Shown: positions 41,951 to 55,222 of the stretch, one piece after another | Layout: every line of letters begins with the position of its first letter | How positions within the stretch are numbered: the stretch's first letter is position 1 | NCBI GenBank assembly: GCA_028534125.1 | Contig: CM052816.1 | Span: 84,012,001 to 84,076,000 of the forward strand | Direction of reading: 5' to 3' | Length of the DNA: 64,000 nt | Origin: Lama glama | Taxonomy: Eukaryota | The notes under the pieces: model-generated | Told to the model about the DNA's origin: nothing | The model's input: the letters and a program-made list of their open reading frames with translations, nothing else | Databases searched by the model: none | Position numbers and translations under genes: made by a program

Positions 41951-43639
41951 TAAATTAAAAATTAGAACTGGAATTCCACTAAAAGATGATCTATAAAAAC
42001 TGAGGAATTCTCTTTTGAAAATTGTCTTGACTAACGTTGAAAATTTGGGATTTGGAAGGCCAATCTCTTTTGCTCTTTCATTACAAATCTGAATTGATAT
42101 TTAGAAATGAATATAAATCTGTATCATTTATATATTCTTAAATTGTTGAAGTTAATTTAAAGAGCTCAGTGCATTTTGCTATAATTTGAAACATGACTCA
42201 TGCTGTTGGAAATAAGCAATAAATTTTAGTAAAATAAAATAATTTAAATTAATTTTGTGTCATTACTTATGATTTTAAACAATAATTGGGAATAAATGCA
42301 TATTTATAATATTAATAAAAGTTCCATTCTTCTTAGCTAAAGAATAGCAAAGTATCTAGATTGGAAATTCACTGAATTGAGACTGAAAACAAGAATTAAA
42401 ATTTTGGCTCTGTGTTCTAAATGTTTCATGTTTCTTCTAATACTAAAGTGGATTATATAATCAATTGATTGGAATACCTTAATTCCAAATATAAAGTCCC
42501 ACAGTTTATTCACAAACTAGTAACAGAAATAAACAAAAAAATGCTCTTCTTTCTAAAAATAAAGAATGGAAACATAGTAGCTATAAAAATACACATTCTT
42601 AAGTTACATTTTATTTTATCAATACTATAGCATACGTCATTTGACATTAATATGTTATACTTACAAAAAGACACTGTTTTGCAACATTCTTAAATACAGG
42701 TTATCACTTCTTCATGTTTTTCTTCTTAATCATCAGTAAGGTATTAAATAAGGTGCTCCAGTAAAACTTGAAAAAAACTAAACACTTTAGAAGAAGATAA
42801 TTTTGTTATAGTTGCAAAACTAGTCTCTTTAATGGATCATCTTAGGTTTTGACATTTCAATCTGTTATAAGATTTCTTTGTTGATTGGATTTATCTCTTT
42901 AAATCTAGTTTGTCTCCACCTAAGAGCTACTTTTCTTGACACATAACATGATTTACCTGAATATTAGAGATAAAGTCTGATAATATTTCATTTCCTGCTT
43001 AAATATTTGCTACATGATTAAAAAATTTTAAATTTAAAAAATTAAATTTTCCTTTATTACTTTGGAAAAAAAAGCATTATAAATACATTTTATATTGAGT
43101 TGGTAAGGAAAAGATACATAATAAAATGCCTAATATAATATTTTTCTTCATATTTTAAAAATTTAGTTACCCTCCTCATTAAATTCATCAAAAATCACAT
43201 GGTTCACTTTAGTGCTAACAAGTTTTCACTCTTCAAAGTACAGAACATATATTTATGTACCACTACGAGAGGAAAGAAGTAAAGATAGAAACTATTAAAA
43301 GTATTTGACGCTAGGAAATTGGGCTACTTGCAAAGAATGGTGAAGTAGGGTATTATTGCTCCCACTGAAAACTGATTTCTTCTATATAACTTAAAATCAG
43401 GTGCAAATTCTATTTTGAATAACAATTATAAAAATACAAATTCTCAAATATCTGGCATTCAAAAGCATTTTTGAATTTTGTAGTATACGGCTCATGGAAA
43501 CAGACTGAAAAATGTGCAAAAACCAAATGAGCAGAATTATTTTAGATACAAATGCATGCCAAGAAAGAAATAAAACAGCGTATATTCCTGAGAGTGTTAA
43601 AGGAGCAAGAGTTTGATGGTCAGGAAAAACCAACTGGAC

Positions 43640-43980
43640 AACAATTTTCTATTTCCCCTCCCCTTGGCATTGTGTAACCACAATTCTACTCTCTACTTCT
43701 ATGAGTTTGACTGTTTAGATACCTTATGTAAGTGGAGTCATGCAGTGTTTTTCCTTCTGTGACGGGCTTATCTCACTTACCTTAATGACTTCCAGGTTCA
43801 TTCATGCTGTCACATATGGCGGAATTTCCTTCTTTTAAAAGCCTGAATGGTTTCACTTATGAATAAGAATTGTACAACATATTGCCTATAGTTAACAATA
43901 CTGTATTGTGAACTTAAAAAAAATTTTAAGTGGGTAGATCTCATTTTAAGTGTTCCTCCCACTTAGGAAAAAAAAAAAAA
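43640..43980 (+). mobile_element. L1MA-like element with 5' inversion (inverted ~43640-43850, forward ~43851-43980, A-tail)
   Basis: An antisense L1 3' UTR block is followed directly by the sense terminal block 'tgtacaacat…tatagttaacaatactgtattgtg…tagatct…aagtgttc' and poly(A). Confidence 0.8.
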
Positions 43981-43994
43981 GACCTATTGGAAAG

Positions 43995-44290
43995 GTGAAA
44001 TGAAGCAGATAAATAAGGTGTCAGCCTTAGGAAAGTCTGGTGACAGAATATTCCATCAGAAGGAAAGGGAAGATGCATCTTTGCAATGAAATCATAAAAA
44101 GACCAATGAACATGTGAAAAGGTGAAATGAAACTGAGGGCAGAGAATTAAACCAGGTTAGACTGGGCTTTGGAAACCATGTTTAAAATTTATTTTCTTTG
44201 AGAATTCTAATAGGATTCTAATTCCAACGAGAATTCACTGCAGTGTTTGAAAAGAAAATATGATATAGCCTAATACACATATTAAGAATA
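43995..44290 (-). mobile_element. L2 fragment
   Basis: 'gaatattccatcagaaggaa…gggctttggaaaccatg…gatatagcctaatac' is typical of antisense L2. Confidence 0.5.
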
Positions 44291-44307
44291 TAAAAAATAT
44301 CATCTTC

Positions 44308-44418
44308 TTAACCTTTAATGAAAAAGAATGTGAAAACAAATTATATATATGTATATATGCATGACTGGGACATTGTGCTGTACACCAGAAATTGACACAT
44401 TGTAACTGATGGTACTTC
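44308..44418 (+). mobile_element. Very short young L1 3' end
   Basis: 'aatgaaaaagaatgtgaaaac…catgactgggacattgtgctgtacaccagaaattgacacattgtaactga..gtacttc'. Confidence 0.85.
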
Positions 44419-44532
44419 TATATATATATATGTGTGTGTGTGTGTGTATGTGTGTGTGTGTGTATATATATATACGTATATATATACTTCTATATATATA
44501 TACTTCTATATATATACTTCTATATATATACG

Positions 44533-44569
<37 letters not shown>

Positions 44570-44590
44570 ACACACAATATTTATATATAT
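44419..44590. repeat. Compound (TA)n/(TG)n/(CA)n microsatellite
   Basis: Direct reading of the sequence. Confidence 0.95.
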
Positions 44591-45259
44591 AAAATCCTCA
44601 ATAAAAACCAGAAAGAATTTTAGAAATTCTAGAGGATAAAAGTTGCACATAGACATGTGATTGCATACTTCATAGGTCTTTATAGATTACACCAGCCAAA
44701 AAACTTCAAGGATGCTCCAAAATGCTGTTTAATTAATTGTGTATTTTCTGCCTTGAATGGTGTCCTAGGATGGTCATCCCATTTCTAAATGGTGACATTG
44801 AATTTCTAGATAAAGGCTACCACTCTATTAAGGGCATTTAATTATTATAGTCAAAATAGTTATGAAGCACCCCTCACATCTAACCCCACGCTCGAATAAA
44901 ATTTCAAGATAAAACAAAAAAGTTCTAAGTTCAGAGCTGCATTTTAATGGTTTCCAGAGCATTAAAAAGCCACCATGAAGCATTAATATTTTGTTTTCTC
45001 CAGGATTCCTTCAGAGATAAATGATACAGGGTAAATTATTCCAAATGACATATACCTAACTAGGAAAGTATTAGAAAGAATTTGAGAATCGAGTTGAGCT
45101 GAGAGTCAGGGGCTAAATGGCACAGTAACACTGTGAAGCTACTCTAGAGCTGTAGATCGAAAGGATGGAGAGTAATCTCAACACTGAACTGAGAGATTTG
45201 AAAATGGCTCCCAAGATAGAAGCTTCATTCATCCTGTCATGTTTTTTACTTTACTGGTG

Positions 45260-45418
45260 AAGAGAGGGAAAGAGAGAGTTAGAGAGAGAAGGAAGGAAGG
45301 AAGGAAGGAAGGAAGGAAGGAGGGAAGGAAGGAAGAAAGAAAGGGAGGGAAAAAAAAGAAAGGAAGGGAGGGAGGAAGGCAGGAAGAAAAAGAAAAAGAA
45401 AGAAAAGAAAGAAAGAAA

Positions 45419-45486
<68 letters not shown>

Positions 45487-45600
45487 GAGGGAGGAAGGAA
45501 GAGAGGGAGGAAGGAAGGAAGGAAGAAAGAAGGGAAAGGGAAGAGAATGGAAAGGTGGGGAAAGAAAGGAAAGGAGGAAGGAAGGAGGGAAGGAAGGATG
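45260..45600. repeat. Polypurine (GGAA)n/(GAAA)n compound microsatellite
   Basis: About 340 bp of almost pure purine. Confidence 0.95.
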
Positions 45601-47199
45601 GGAGTTAAAAAGAAAATTAAAGAGAATATAGGGACAATATTTTTCTTCAGGAATTAGTCTTCCTGATTAAAGGAAAAATTTTAAAGTTTTTATTTATGAT
45701 ATATCCTAAGATAAGAACAGTGCAATTATCTGAAAGTACAAGATTTGAAGTAAATATTTGAAATTTTTACTTTTCCATTGGTTCTTGACAGGTTTTACCC
45801 CACTTCTCTTCACACACTAACATTAACACCAATTTATGCTAATTAAAAAGAACAACAGTGAATACAATAAGAGTAGGTTCCACCAGAATTTTATTGTAAC
45901 TGAAATTAGGACGTGAGCTCACAAATTCAAATGTGAGTATTTGTCTATGATATTACTATCTGAACAGTTTTGCTGTTGAATATGTGTGCTTTAAACTGAC
46001 TACAACTCTACTGAAAAACTAACTGGGGGCTTGGGTCTGTGAGGCCTACCAGGAAAAGAATACACTGATGCTTTCGTAAGTTTTCGTTGTCTATTCCTTC
46101 ACCCTGGTCTGTTCTTCCTGGCTGTCTCCAATCATGAAACAATTTTCAAAGCCCAGTTTAACATCCATCTCCCTTGCAGTAATTATTTCCCACTGTTTTC
46201 ATAGTGGACAAATATAAATTAATATATCTTCTTTCTTTAAATATATATACATATACACCATTTCACCTCATACTATAACTGTCTTGTGGCACATTTTTCA
46301 AGCTCCACCTTCCTTCCTCCTACACAGTGATTTGAACCAGGTCAAATAACAAGGCTCTTTGTCGGGGATGGTACCACCTCTGATAGAACTGGATGAGAGC
46401 TGTGTGTTTCCTCCCTCCTAAACTTATTGCCAGGTGGATGCTAAAATTAAAGAAATAACAGAAGAAAAAAAAAATCCACCACCACACACACCTCTATTCA
46501 ATGAGTAAAAAGACACAAAAACTCATACAATCTATTCTTGAAGATTCAATAAGTTCCTAGCTTTCTGTCCTTTAACCACCTTCATAAAACTCATGCAGGG
46601 TTCATTTCTAACAGAAGCAAAATTATTTTAGGGCAAGATGCAATTATATTTCTAGAGAGATTCAAATGACAAAATCCTCTGACTCTAAGCCCTAGGCCAA
46701 TAAAACCATTCAGAGGTGTGTATTACACTGGAGTTTTCTGTAAATTCAAAGTCAGAGATGCTCTTATAATACTCCCAAGAAATAGATACATCTTGAACAT
46801 CATTTATTAAAACAAAGAAAAATATTTCTTGTAAAAATATATTCTAATTAATAAAACTCGTAATGATGATTTAAGAAATCTAGGACTTCTAGAGTGTGGA
46901 TACAACTGACCCTCTTCCTCTCTCCCCCTCTTTACCCCGCACCACACACTCACATTCAGCATTCATTCTTGAATAGGACACTTAAAACTAATACATTTTG
47001 CAGGTTGATTAAAACTCACTAATAGATTATAATTATAACTGCATCTTTGCTGGAATATTTGAAAATAAATTTGAGATAGATATTTCACCAACATCATGTT
47101 TAAAATTTCTTCAAGTCAATATTGTGCAATTTAATAATTATAAAATCCTACAGTTTTAGGATTATGTTAGTTTTCAAAATATTTGTTGTTGCTTCCCTA

Positions 47200-47526
47200 G
47201 GAGGGGATTTTAGCTTCTTAACTCCAGGCTTGACCATGGGATTTATGTTGAATTTGACCAATAAAAGATGAACCGAAATGGGATGGGGCACTTCCAAAGA
47301 AAATCTTTAAAAGCTTCTAATGGTTCCATCATTTTATCTTTTCCATTTCCTATAAAAACAGAAATATCTAAATGGGACCTTTAATTAAAATGAGAAGCGC
47401 ATCCACAGACAAGCCATCATGGACATGTCACAATAGCAGGAAATGTATCATTTTTATTTCCTTTGTTGTGTGTGCCCTTGAAACTTTATAACTTAAGCAT
47501 AACTTAGCTTAAGTTGACTAATGCAA
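47200..47526 (+). mobile_element. Old MLT1 (I/J-like) LTR
   Basis: 'ggcttgaccatg…ttgaccaataaaa…cacttcc…atggacatgt…gcataacttagcttaagttgactaatgca'. Confidence 0.55.
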
Positions 47527-47718
47527 CTAAGTACACAATTTTTGTTTGTTTTACATATAGATTGCTCAAAAAAAAGAGCAGTGTTCTTTTTACATTTTAG
47601 GTGCTTAATAAATATTTTTCCTATGACTGAATTTTGTTGTCATGGATTAAGTATGAATTTATCATAGAATATTTACATATATTGTCTTTCTCTATTTTGG
47701 TTTAGCTTAAAATAGAGT

Positions 47719-48218
47719 NNNNNNNNNNNNNNNNNNNNNNNNNNNNNNNNNNNNNNNNNNNNNNNNNNNNNNNNNNNNNNNNNNNNNNNNNNNNNNNNNN
47801 NNNNNNNNNNNNNNNNNNNNNNNNNNNNNNNNNNNNNNNNNNNNNNNNNNNNNNNNNNNNNNNNNNNNNNNNNNNNNNNNNNNNNNNNNNNNNNNNNNNN
47901 NNNNNNNNNNNNNNNNNNNNNNNNNNNNNNNNNNNNNNNNNNNNNNNNNNNNNNNNNNNNNNNNNNNNNNNNNNNNNNNNNNNNNNNNNNNNNNNNNNNN
48001 NNNNNNNNNNNNNNNNNNNNNNNNNNNNNNNNNNNNNNNNNNNNNNNNNNNNNNNNNNNNNNNNNNNNNNNNNNNNNNNNNNNNNNNNNNNNNNNNNNNN
48101 NNNNNNNNNNNNNNNNNNNNNNNNNNNNNNNNNNNNNNNNNNNNNNNNNNNNNNNNNNNNNNNNNNNNNNNNNNNNNNNNNNNNNNNNNNNNNNNNNNNN
48201 NNNNNNNNNNNNNNNNNN
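47719..48218. other. Assembly gap (500 N)
   Basis: Run of exactly 500 N. Confidence 1.
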
Positions 48219-48420
48219 TGCTTTTACAAGACTTGCAGATACTAACTACTATATATAAAATAGATATACAAGTTTCTTCTGGATAAGACAGGGTAGTAAT
48301 GACATAAGGATTAACAAATAGAGCAACGAAACAGAATAAGGATTCTAGTGATAGACTCATACATATGTGGCCAAAGATGCTGAGATTGTTCAGGGGGCAA
48401 AGGATGCTTCAGCATATGTG
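48219..48420 (+). mobile_element. L1 fragments (young 3' UTR piece, then an old ORF2 piece)
   Basis: 'agacttgcagatactaactactatatataaaatagata' matches 23359-23396, followed by 'aaatagagcaacgaaacagaataa'. Confidence 0.7.
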
Positions 48421-49299
48421 ATGAGGGAAGATGTGATTTCCCTCTATTTAATAAATGCAATTGAAGCAAAACAAAAAAGGTGAGTAATAAAAATATTCAT
48501 ATGAATTGTCAGTAATTCCTGTCAATTGACTATAGATAGTCAAATTCATCTCTTCTCACGGTAATATTTTTGAAAAACAAAATATAATTTCTGTTTACAT
48601 ATTCATGTCTGTAATAAAAATTTACTTGACACAAATTCTGGGCCAATGAGATGACAAAATCTATTGTAAAAGACTTACAAAACCCAAGATTGTAACCAGT
48701 ACCAAGACTTACTGGTATTTCCACAGCCACATGGAATAAAGCAAAGACAGGCTTGGGACTGACAATTCTGCACCCCAGTTTTTTCATGCTACGTCAGGAT
48801 GCAAACTATTCCGGAATAACATACGCATTCTCCCAGTGATGTGAGTTCATACATCACTCATTCGAAAGGGAATCATTTAAATTGTGAAACATTCTACTTT
48901 ATATCAGAGAAGTATATAGTTTACATGATGTATTCCTTGAAATCATGTCCTATAAATCTATAAATTCCACATTTATTTACCAAAAGGAAATGCTAGGCAG
49001 ACGGGAAATACTCTTTTTAAATCACTTCATAGCTACGGATTCTCTGGCTGTCAAATTTCATTGTGTGCCTGGAAGTCTGTTTTATCATTTTAGAAAGAGG
49101 TCTGACCTGGGCACCTCTCTTCTCTCTCCAGACGATTCCTGGTAAAAGGAAGAAGTAGTAGATTTCAGGCCTGCCCACCCCGCACACCACTGGGCCGGGC
49201 ATTTGGAATAAAAGTGGGAGCAAGGTAGAGTCATTTACTTTATAGTACTTGACACTGAGAGACTGTGTTTCATACAAATCAGCACACTTTGTCCTATCT

Positions 49300-49420
49300 A
49301 TATTCCTGTATTATAGATGAGGAAATTGAGGTCCAGAGTATCCAAGTAAATTTCCCAAGGCCACACAACCAGGAAGTAGCAGTCATGAGCTGCACCAGAA
49401 TCTTGGCCTTTAACCACTAA
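49300..49420 (-). mobile_element. MIR core
   Basis: 'tatagatgaggaaattgaggtccagag…tttcccaaggccacacaacc'. Confidence 0.8.
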
Positions 49421-51345
49421 ATCTCTTCCAGATTGTCAAGGTGATAGAGATATATAAGCCAAATGTTCAAATGATATTGTATATACATTAGTGGGCTAGA
49501 GTAAATATATGAAGTCCATATTTTCTGAGAGTCCATATTAACTTCACCCAGGTGTATTAATTACACTGACTTCAGAAAAATTGATTTGATGAACAGAAAG
49601 TTTGAAAAAAAAGATTTTCAAGTCAATAATTTATTTTGGTTTTGCTATTATTATCCACCTAATATAACACTTTGCGGGGGAGGGACTCTAAATTCCTCTC
49701 TTAGAATTCCAAAATATGAGCTAAAAAATAATGAAGATGAAGTCTGTTTTTTCTATTTATAAACGCAAATGAAAAATAAAGTTGGATAATCTATGTGGAA
49801 AGATTTCTAATGCAGACCTAGGGGGAAAGGTTGCTCAGGACCTTTCACTAGCCTGGGCGTGGCAGGAATTTCTTAACGAGGCAATGACCATGTGGTACCG
49901 TTTGCCGCTCCAGTCCAACAACAGTGTGCTCTTTTCGACAGACATGATTCTGCCTTACAGAAACCGGTTCTCTTTGCAGGTGTGCCATTTCCTCTATCAC
50001 TATGCTTGGGCTTTATGCTGAAAGTTAACTTCGTGTGGTTCATGGGCAATAGCGGACTCTTGGGAATCCTCACAATAAATTATGTGCTTATATTAAAAAC
50101 TATGGACCTTTTTCAAATAGAGTCTTGCTTTAATTTATTAAATATTAGCAGTTGGAAACAATTTTTTACATGCTATAAAAATTACTTCAGATGAAAATTC
50201 ACAAAAGGTTATGAATGCTTGCACATTCTGATATTTTCAAATAATAGACACTTACAAGTAAACTGGATGAAACAAAGAATGTGAATATGATGGCAAATGC
50301 AGCAAGCAAATATTAATTTAAATTTTTCATGGGAATAATAAAAAATCAAATCATTCTTTAAAAAATAGTTCCTTAAAACAGAAAATTAGTTAAAGCATTT
50401 AATAATTTTGTATAGGGGGACACTTTTAACTGTGCTAAAATATCAACTGATTGTCATAAAAAACACGAACTGTTTTTTAAATATCAAATGTTCTCCCATA
50501 TATCAGTAAGAGTAATAAAGACAGTTCCAGATGTCCTACCGTAAAGTTAAGTCAATACTATAAAAAAATACAATATAAAATGTGCTTATATCACTTGTAT
50601 TTCAAATAACTTGAATGATTCACTTTCAAAAATGATTTGAACGTTCCCTTTATCAAATATTTAAAACACCAACTCAGACTACCAGACTACCACGTATTAT
50701 TTTGTATCAGATCTCTTTGAAATGTATAATAACTTTAGCATAAAATTATTTTCAGGTAATTAAATCATTAAGATAGATTTAAGGAGCACAATGGTATACA
50801 TAAAGTACAATTTCATTCTTAAAATGAAAACCTAACAGAGGTGTAAATTCTTTTTCTCTGCTAAAATGCAAAACACACATAAAATAGGAACTACTTTGAA
50901 ACTGGTAAGATATTAACACATATTTTTCTGAGTGAGCTTTTCAGATTTTATGTAGATGTCAATGAGCAGGAGGGAGGGATTCTTAAGAGAAGCACATGAA
51001 GGACAGTGGGTAACAGAAGAGTTAGAAGAAGCCTCTTTTCAAAAAAGGAAGAATACTCTAAGTGCCAGATCAATGCCACTGAAGGCATGGTTTGATTACT
51101 TCACAACTTTGCTTAGGAATGAAGCTCTGTAAAGGTTAAAACTTTTAGGACTAAATCAAATAAGCAATGTTGTACATATTACAGCAATCCACAGTTTACT
51201 AACTACAAGCTCTGTGTTTGTGGAAACGTGTGTCCGTGTGTGTGTGCATATGAGAGAGAGATAGACAGACAGACAGACAATCTCTGATATTCCCTTCTAT
51301 CTAATTAGGAGACATATTAGAATCCTTGTGCCATTTCTTAGGATT

Positions 51346-51364
51346 ACATATATGTATGTGTATG

Positions 51365-51396
<32 letters not shown>

Positions 51397-51464
51397 TATA
51401 TGTAATATATATATATTATGTATATACAGTATGTATGTGTATATATATATATATACACATACAT
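51346..51464. repeat. (TA)n/(TATG) microsatellite
   Basis: Direct reading of the sequence. Confidence 0.9.
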
Positions 51465-52329
51465 ACTGTGGCACTGACAGCTAGAGTATAATGTGAAAAA
51501 GAGATAGGTCTGAAAGACCAAGATTTCTCCTGAGAGCTAACATTTTCAGAACAAATTGGGCAGCTGACAAATATTCACTCTCCATGTCCAGATCTCAGAA
51601 GATAGTTACAATCAGTGATCTCAGGATGGCCAAAGAAACCAATTACCACAGATTGACTCAGAACCCAAACATTTGTTGTGACTCTCTTCAAAGAACTCTT
51701 GGCTGATTTTTTTTTTTAAATCAACATTTGCAAATTTTGCCGAGTTTTCTGAATTGACTGCCTAGTAGACTCAAGCACTTTTGCAAGAAATAATATATTT
51801 TTTTAAAGCAGATTTGAAATTAAATGAACAAAAGTATTCCAAACCAAGATAAAAAAAAAGAAAGAATAAAGCATGATTTGAATCAAATCCATATATGCTT
51901 TAGCATATGGCATGTATAATATATATAGATTTCAGATTGCTTATTCTTATTCATAGACTTTGTTTTATTTTATTTCACTGAATTCTAGCAACAACCCCTC
52001 TCTCTTTATCAATAAATATTTTCCATATAATTGGAGAAGGAATGATGAATTTCTAAAAACAATCTTACTTATATGCCTGCTCTCTACTCTTCAAAGGAAA
52101 GGAGTTTATCATTTTCCACTCACATATTCAGGTTTAAGGACATAACAAAGTATAGAGAACAAATGTTTAAGAATATTTATGAGATTTCTAGTAAGCTTGA
52201 TATTCTTGGAAAGTAAATTTTATAAGCCATAGCTTGAATTCTTATGTGGAAAAGCAATGAGAATTTGGACTGTTCTTATATTCATTCAAGGACATCATGC
52301 TTAAAAGTTGGAGAAGTAGTATTTAGTGT

Positions 52330-52560
52330 AATTATTAAGAAAACAGATTTGAGGTCATGCTATCTTGGTGAAATTAATAGATCTGCCTGTTATTGACTGT
52401 GTTTCCTTGAGCAAGTTATTTGTGCTCTCTGAGTATTTGTTCCTCATCTACAAAATGGAGATAATATCTTCATATCTGCTGACAAAATTAAATAAATTAA
52501 TGCACAAGAAACATTGAGAATGCAGCCTTACCCACTTTGAAGCACTGTGTTAGTGATTAC
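52330..52560 (+). mobile_element. MIR
   Basis: 'ctgtgt..ccttgagcaagttattt…ctctgag…ttcctcatctacaaaatggagataata'. Confidence 0.8.
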
Positions 52561-55107
52561 AATTACTCTGTGCTTCCAGCCAGTGATAAAAATGTTCATT
52601 TCACATTGAATTTCCAAGGGACATTTTATAACACCTAGAATCCACAATAAAAACTGAGAAGTTCTTAACACAATTATTTTCACTTCCTGAACATGCTTTC
52701 TGTATGCATGTATTTCCCCCTTGATTTATAACCCCCTACAGCTGGTTAGCCTACTTTACCGAACTATCTCCCTGCTGATATTGCCTTCCCAAACTTCATT
52801 TTAGAAGTTCCCTTCTTAATTCTGGAGTCCAGCTAAATTCCCCAACATAAATGATTATCTCTTCATCTTAAGTCCCATAATAATTATCACCTCGGTTGTA
52901 GCAAAGATTGAATTCTCCTTGACTTTTTTCATCCTCATCCAGATTTTAAATAACTGTTCTTGTTGTTTTGAGTTGACTCATTCTCCATCACACGTATAGC
53001 TTGAGCTTTTTCTTTGTTGTTTCATAGGTAACTTTAAAAATATAGAACTAATGGTTTTAGAATATTCAGCATGACTTAATACTACTTTATATGTAGATAT
53101 GATAACTTTCCTGAGTAGAGTTTGAATTCAGATTCAAAAATTTTCCTAACACTTTTTTATTTGTGGATATCTAAATAAACATATGCCCTTGTTCCCTTCT
53201 AAGTTTAACTTCAAGGAAAGGTAATACAAATGGCTCTATCATATTTTTAAATGTATTTTTCTCACATAGTGCTCCACCATAATACTGTACACATTGTGCA
53301 TTTTATTAATATGACTAAATTCCTATGAATTATCTTGTTTATTAACAAGAATGCATTTTAAGGAGTCTACTGTCAAATTAGTTTTCCATTTGAATTCTTT
53401 TCAACCTTCTCCAAATGGATAATAGTGAATAATAAAAATGTCATAAACTTGGTAAGTTCCTTCTATTTGTGTAAGTATATGATACATTCTAAATCTTTGG
53501 GCCTTTAAATACAAGATAAATCCAAAAATACTTATAATTTAAATAAAATATATAATAATAAAAACAATGGCAAGAACAAATGTTTACACAGCTCTTACTA
53601 TATATCACACACTGTAAGAACTTTACTAACGCATATATTTGAAAGACAAACAAAAGCTTACACTATTTCTAGCTATTACAGGTGACTATCTTTCTTTGTA
53701 ATTTTGTGCTTTGTTCAATAATTTTGTTAACAAATATACTGCTTTGGGAATAAAAAAAAGTTGCCTTTTATGCCTTTTTTCTTTATTTTATTTTTAAGAA
53801 TGTACTTTCCGCTTTTCCAAATAACTGTACCACAAGGAGTTTTTCATATATTCTGATATTCTTGGAGGATATTCAGATACATAAATGTTTTCTAATGATT
53901 TTATCTTAAAAAAACTTACAGGGTTTTTTTTTTTTACTTCAGATATATGTATTTATGTCTAGCTTCATGTTTCAAGGGAAAGTCAAGATAACTGCAACTA
54001 TAAGATAGAAGAAATAAGCACACATGAAAGAAAAGAGAAAAAAGAAATTTGTAAAATCAATGACTATTGAAAAATCCTATGTATTTACTATGGCTTTTCC
54101 AACATACCTAGAATTATATGCCTCATTTTATGGAAAAAGTTGGCAATATTATGTATAGTGAAAATGTAAAGAGAGTAGCAGGTTCAAAGTGAATCTTATT
54201 TATAGAAAAATGTTAATAAAATATTTTCAATCTCATAATCTGTCCCTTTAAAGAGGTTCCTCGGTTCTGCCTTATCCTCATCCCCATCTGTGTATGTGTG
54301 TGTATTTGAAAAGGTTTTGGGTTTTTTTTCTGGAGAAAACTTCGCAGTGAGATGTGTCTCTCTACTGTGTCCAATTGAAGCTTCACTCTTTGGACTCTTA
54401 TATACCTCGGTCTGAATGCAAGAATTAAGGTCACTGGTGTTATACTTTAAAAGGTTCAGGGCTTCCTTTGGTCATCTATGAGACTGAACCCATTTTACAC
54501 TAGCAACAACTTGAAAAATTATTCCACTGGGTAACAGATTCAAAAACCATAACCAATAAAATTGGTTATGATAAAATCTTATTAATAAGTGATTATGTTA
54601 TTTTGGAAATAGTTTAAATGTGCATTTTGTTAATAAACAAACTATAACACACATTCACTTTTAAGTGAATAGCTGAGACTTCAAAGTACTGCCAGTATTA
54701 CAGTTTTGGAAGAAGAATTTCCCTTCATCAAATACAGGTTAGTACTGGTATATTTCCTGAAGCAACCTAACTTTTTACTTTGCATGTTAGGTTTTTAGCC
54801 TGTGAATTTCAGCATATTTTTGAATGCTTCTAATAATGGTGTACCATGAACTGAATAATCCAATACCAATCATTTATAGAGGATTTAGCTGTTTCAAGCA
54901 GTAAGAATCACTTACCCACAAAAACATCATTTATTGAGAAATAGGATACCACCTAGAGTAGTTGGAATCAAAATAGTTGAATAGTGTATATTACCTAATA
55001 TTCACTGGGCCCATTGTGAGACAGATCTAAGCTAGTATTAAAACATTTTTTATTAATTTTGGTTTACTTAAGGGTCATATGTTTATTCCAAATGAAGTAT
55101 AAATTAT

Positions 55108-55222
55108 CATTAATTTATTCAAACATATTTATTGAGCACTGATTGAGGGGCAGGGCTTCTTCTAGGTTGTAGAATGTCTATGTTTTCAAAAGACATCAGT
55201 CCTAAACTCACAGAGTTCAGTC
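55108..55222 (-). mobile_element. L2 3' end
   Basis: 'atttattcaaacatatttattgagcac…ttctagg'. Confidence 0.6.

Noticed and set aside
44315..44656. Overlapping ORFs on both strands
   Set aside because: They are microsatellite translations.
45239..45631. 130-aa K/E/R/G-rich ORF
   Set aside because: It is the translation of a purine microsatellite.
47707..48360. 217-aa ORF
   Set aside because: It is an artefact of the N gap.
54548..54570. 10-bp perfect inverted repeat cataaccaat/attggttatg
   Set aside because: It is short and AT-rich, and plausible by chance.
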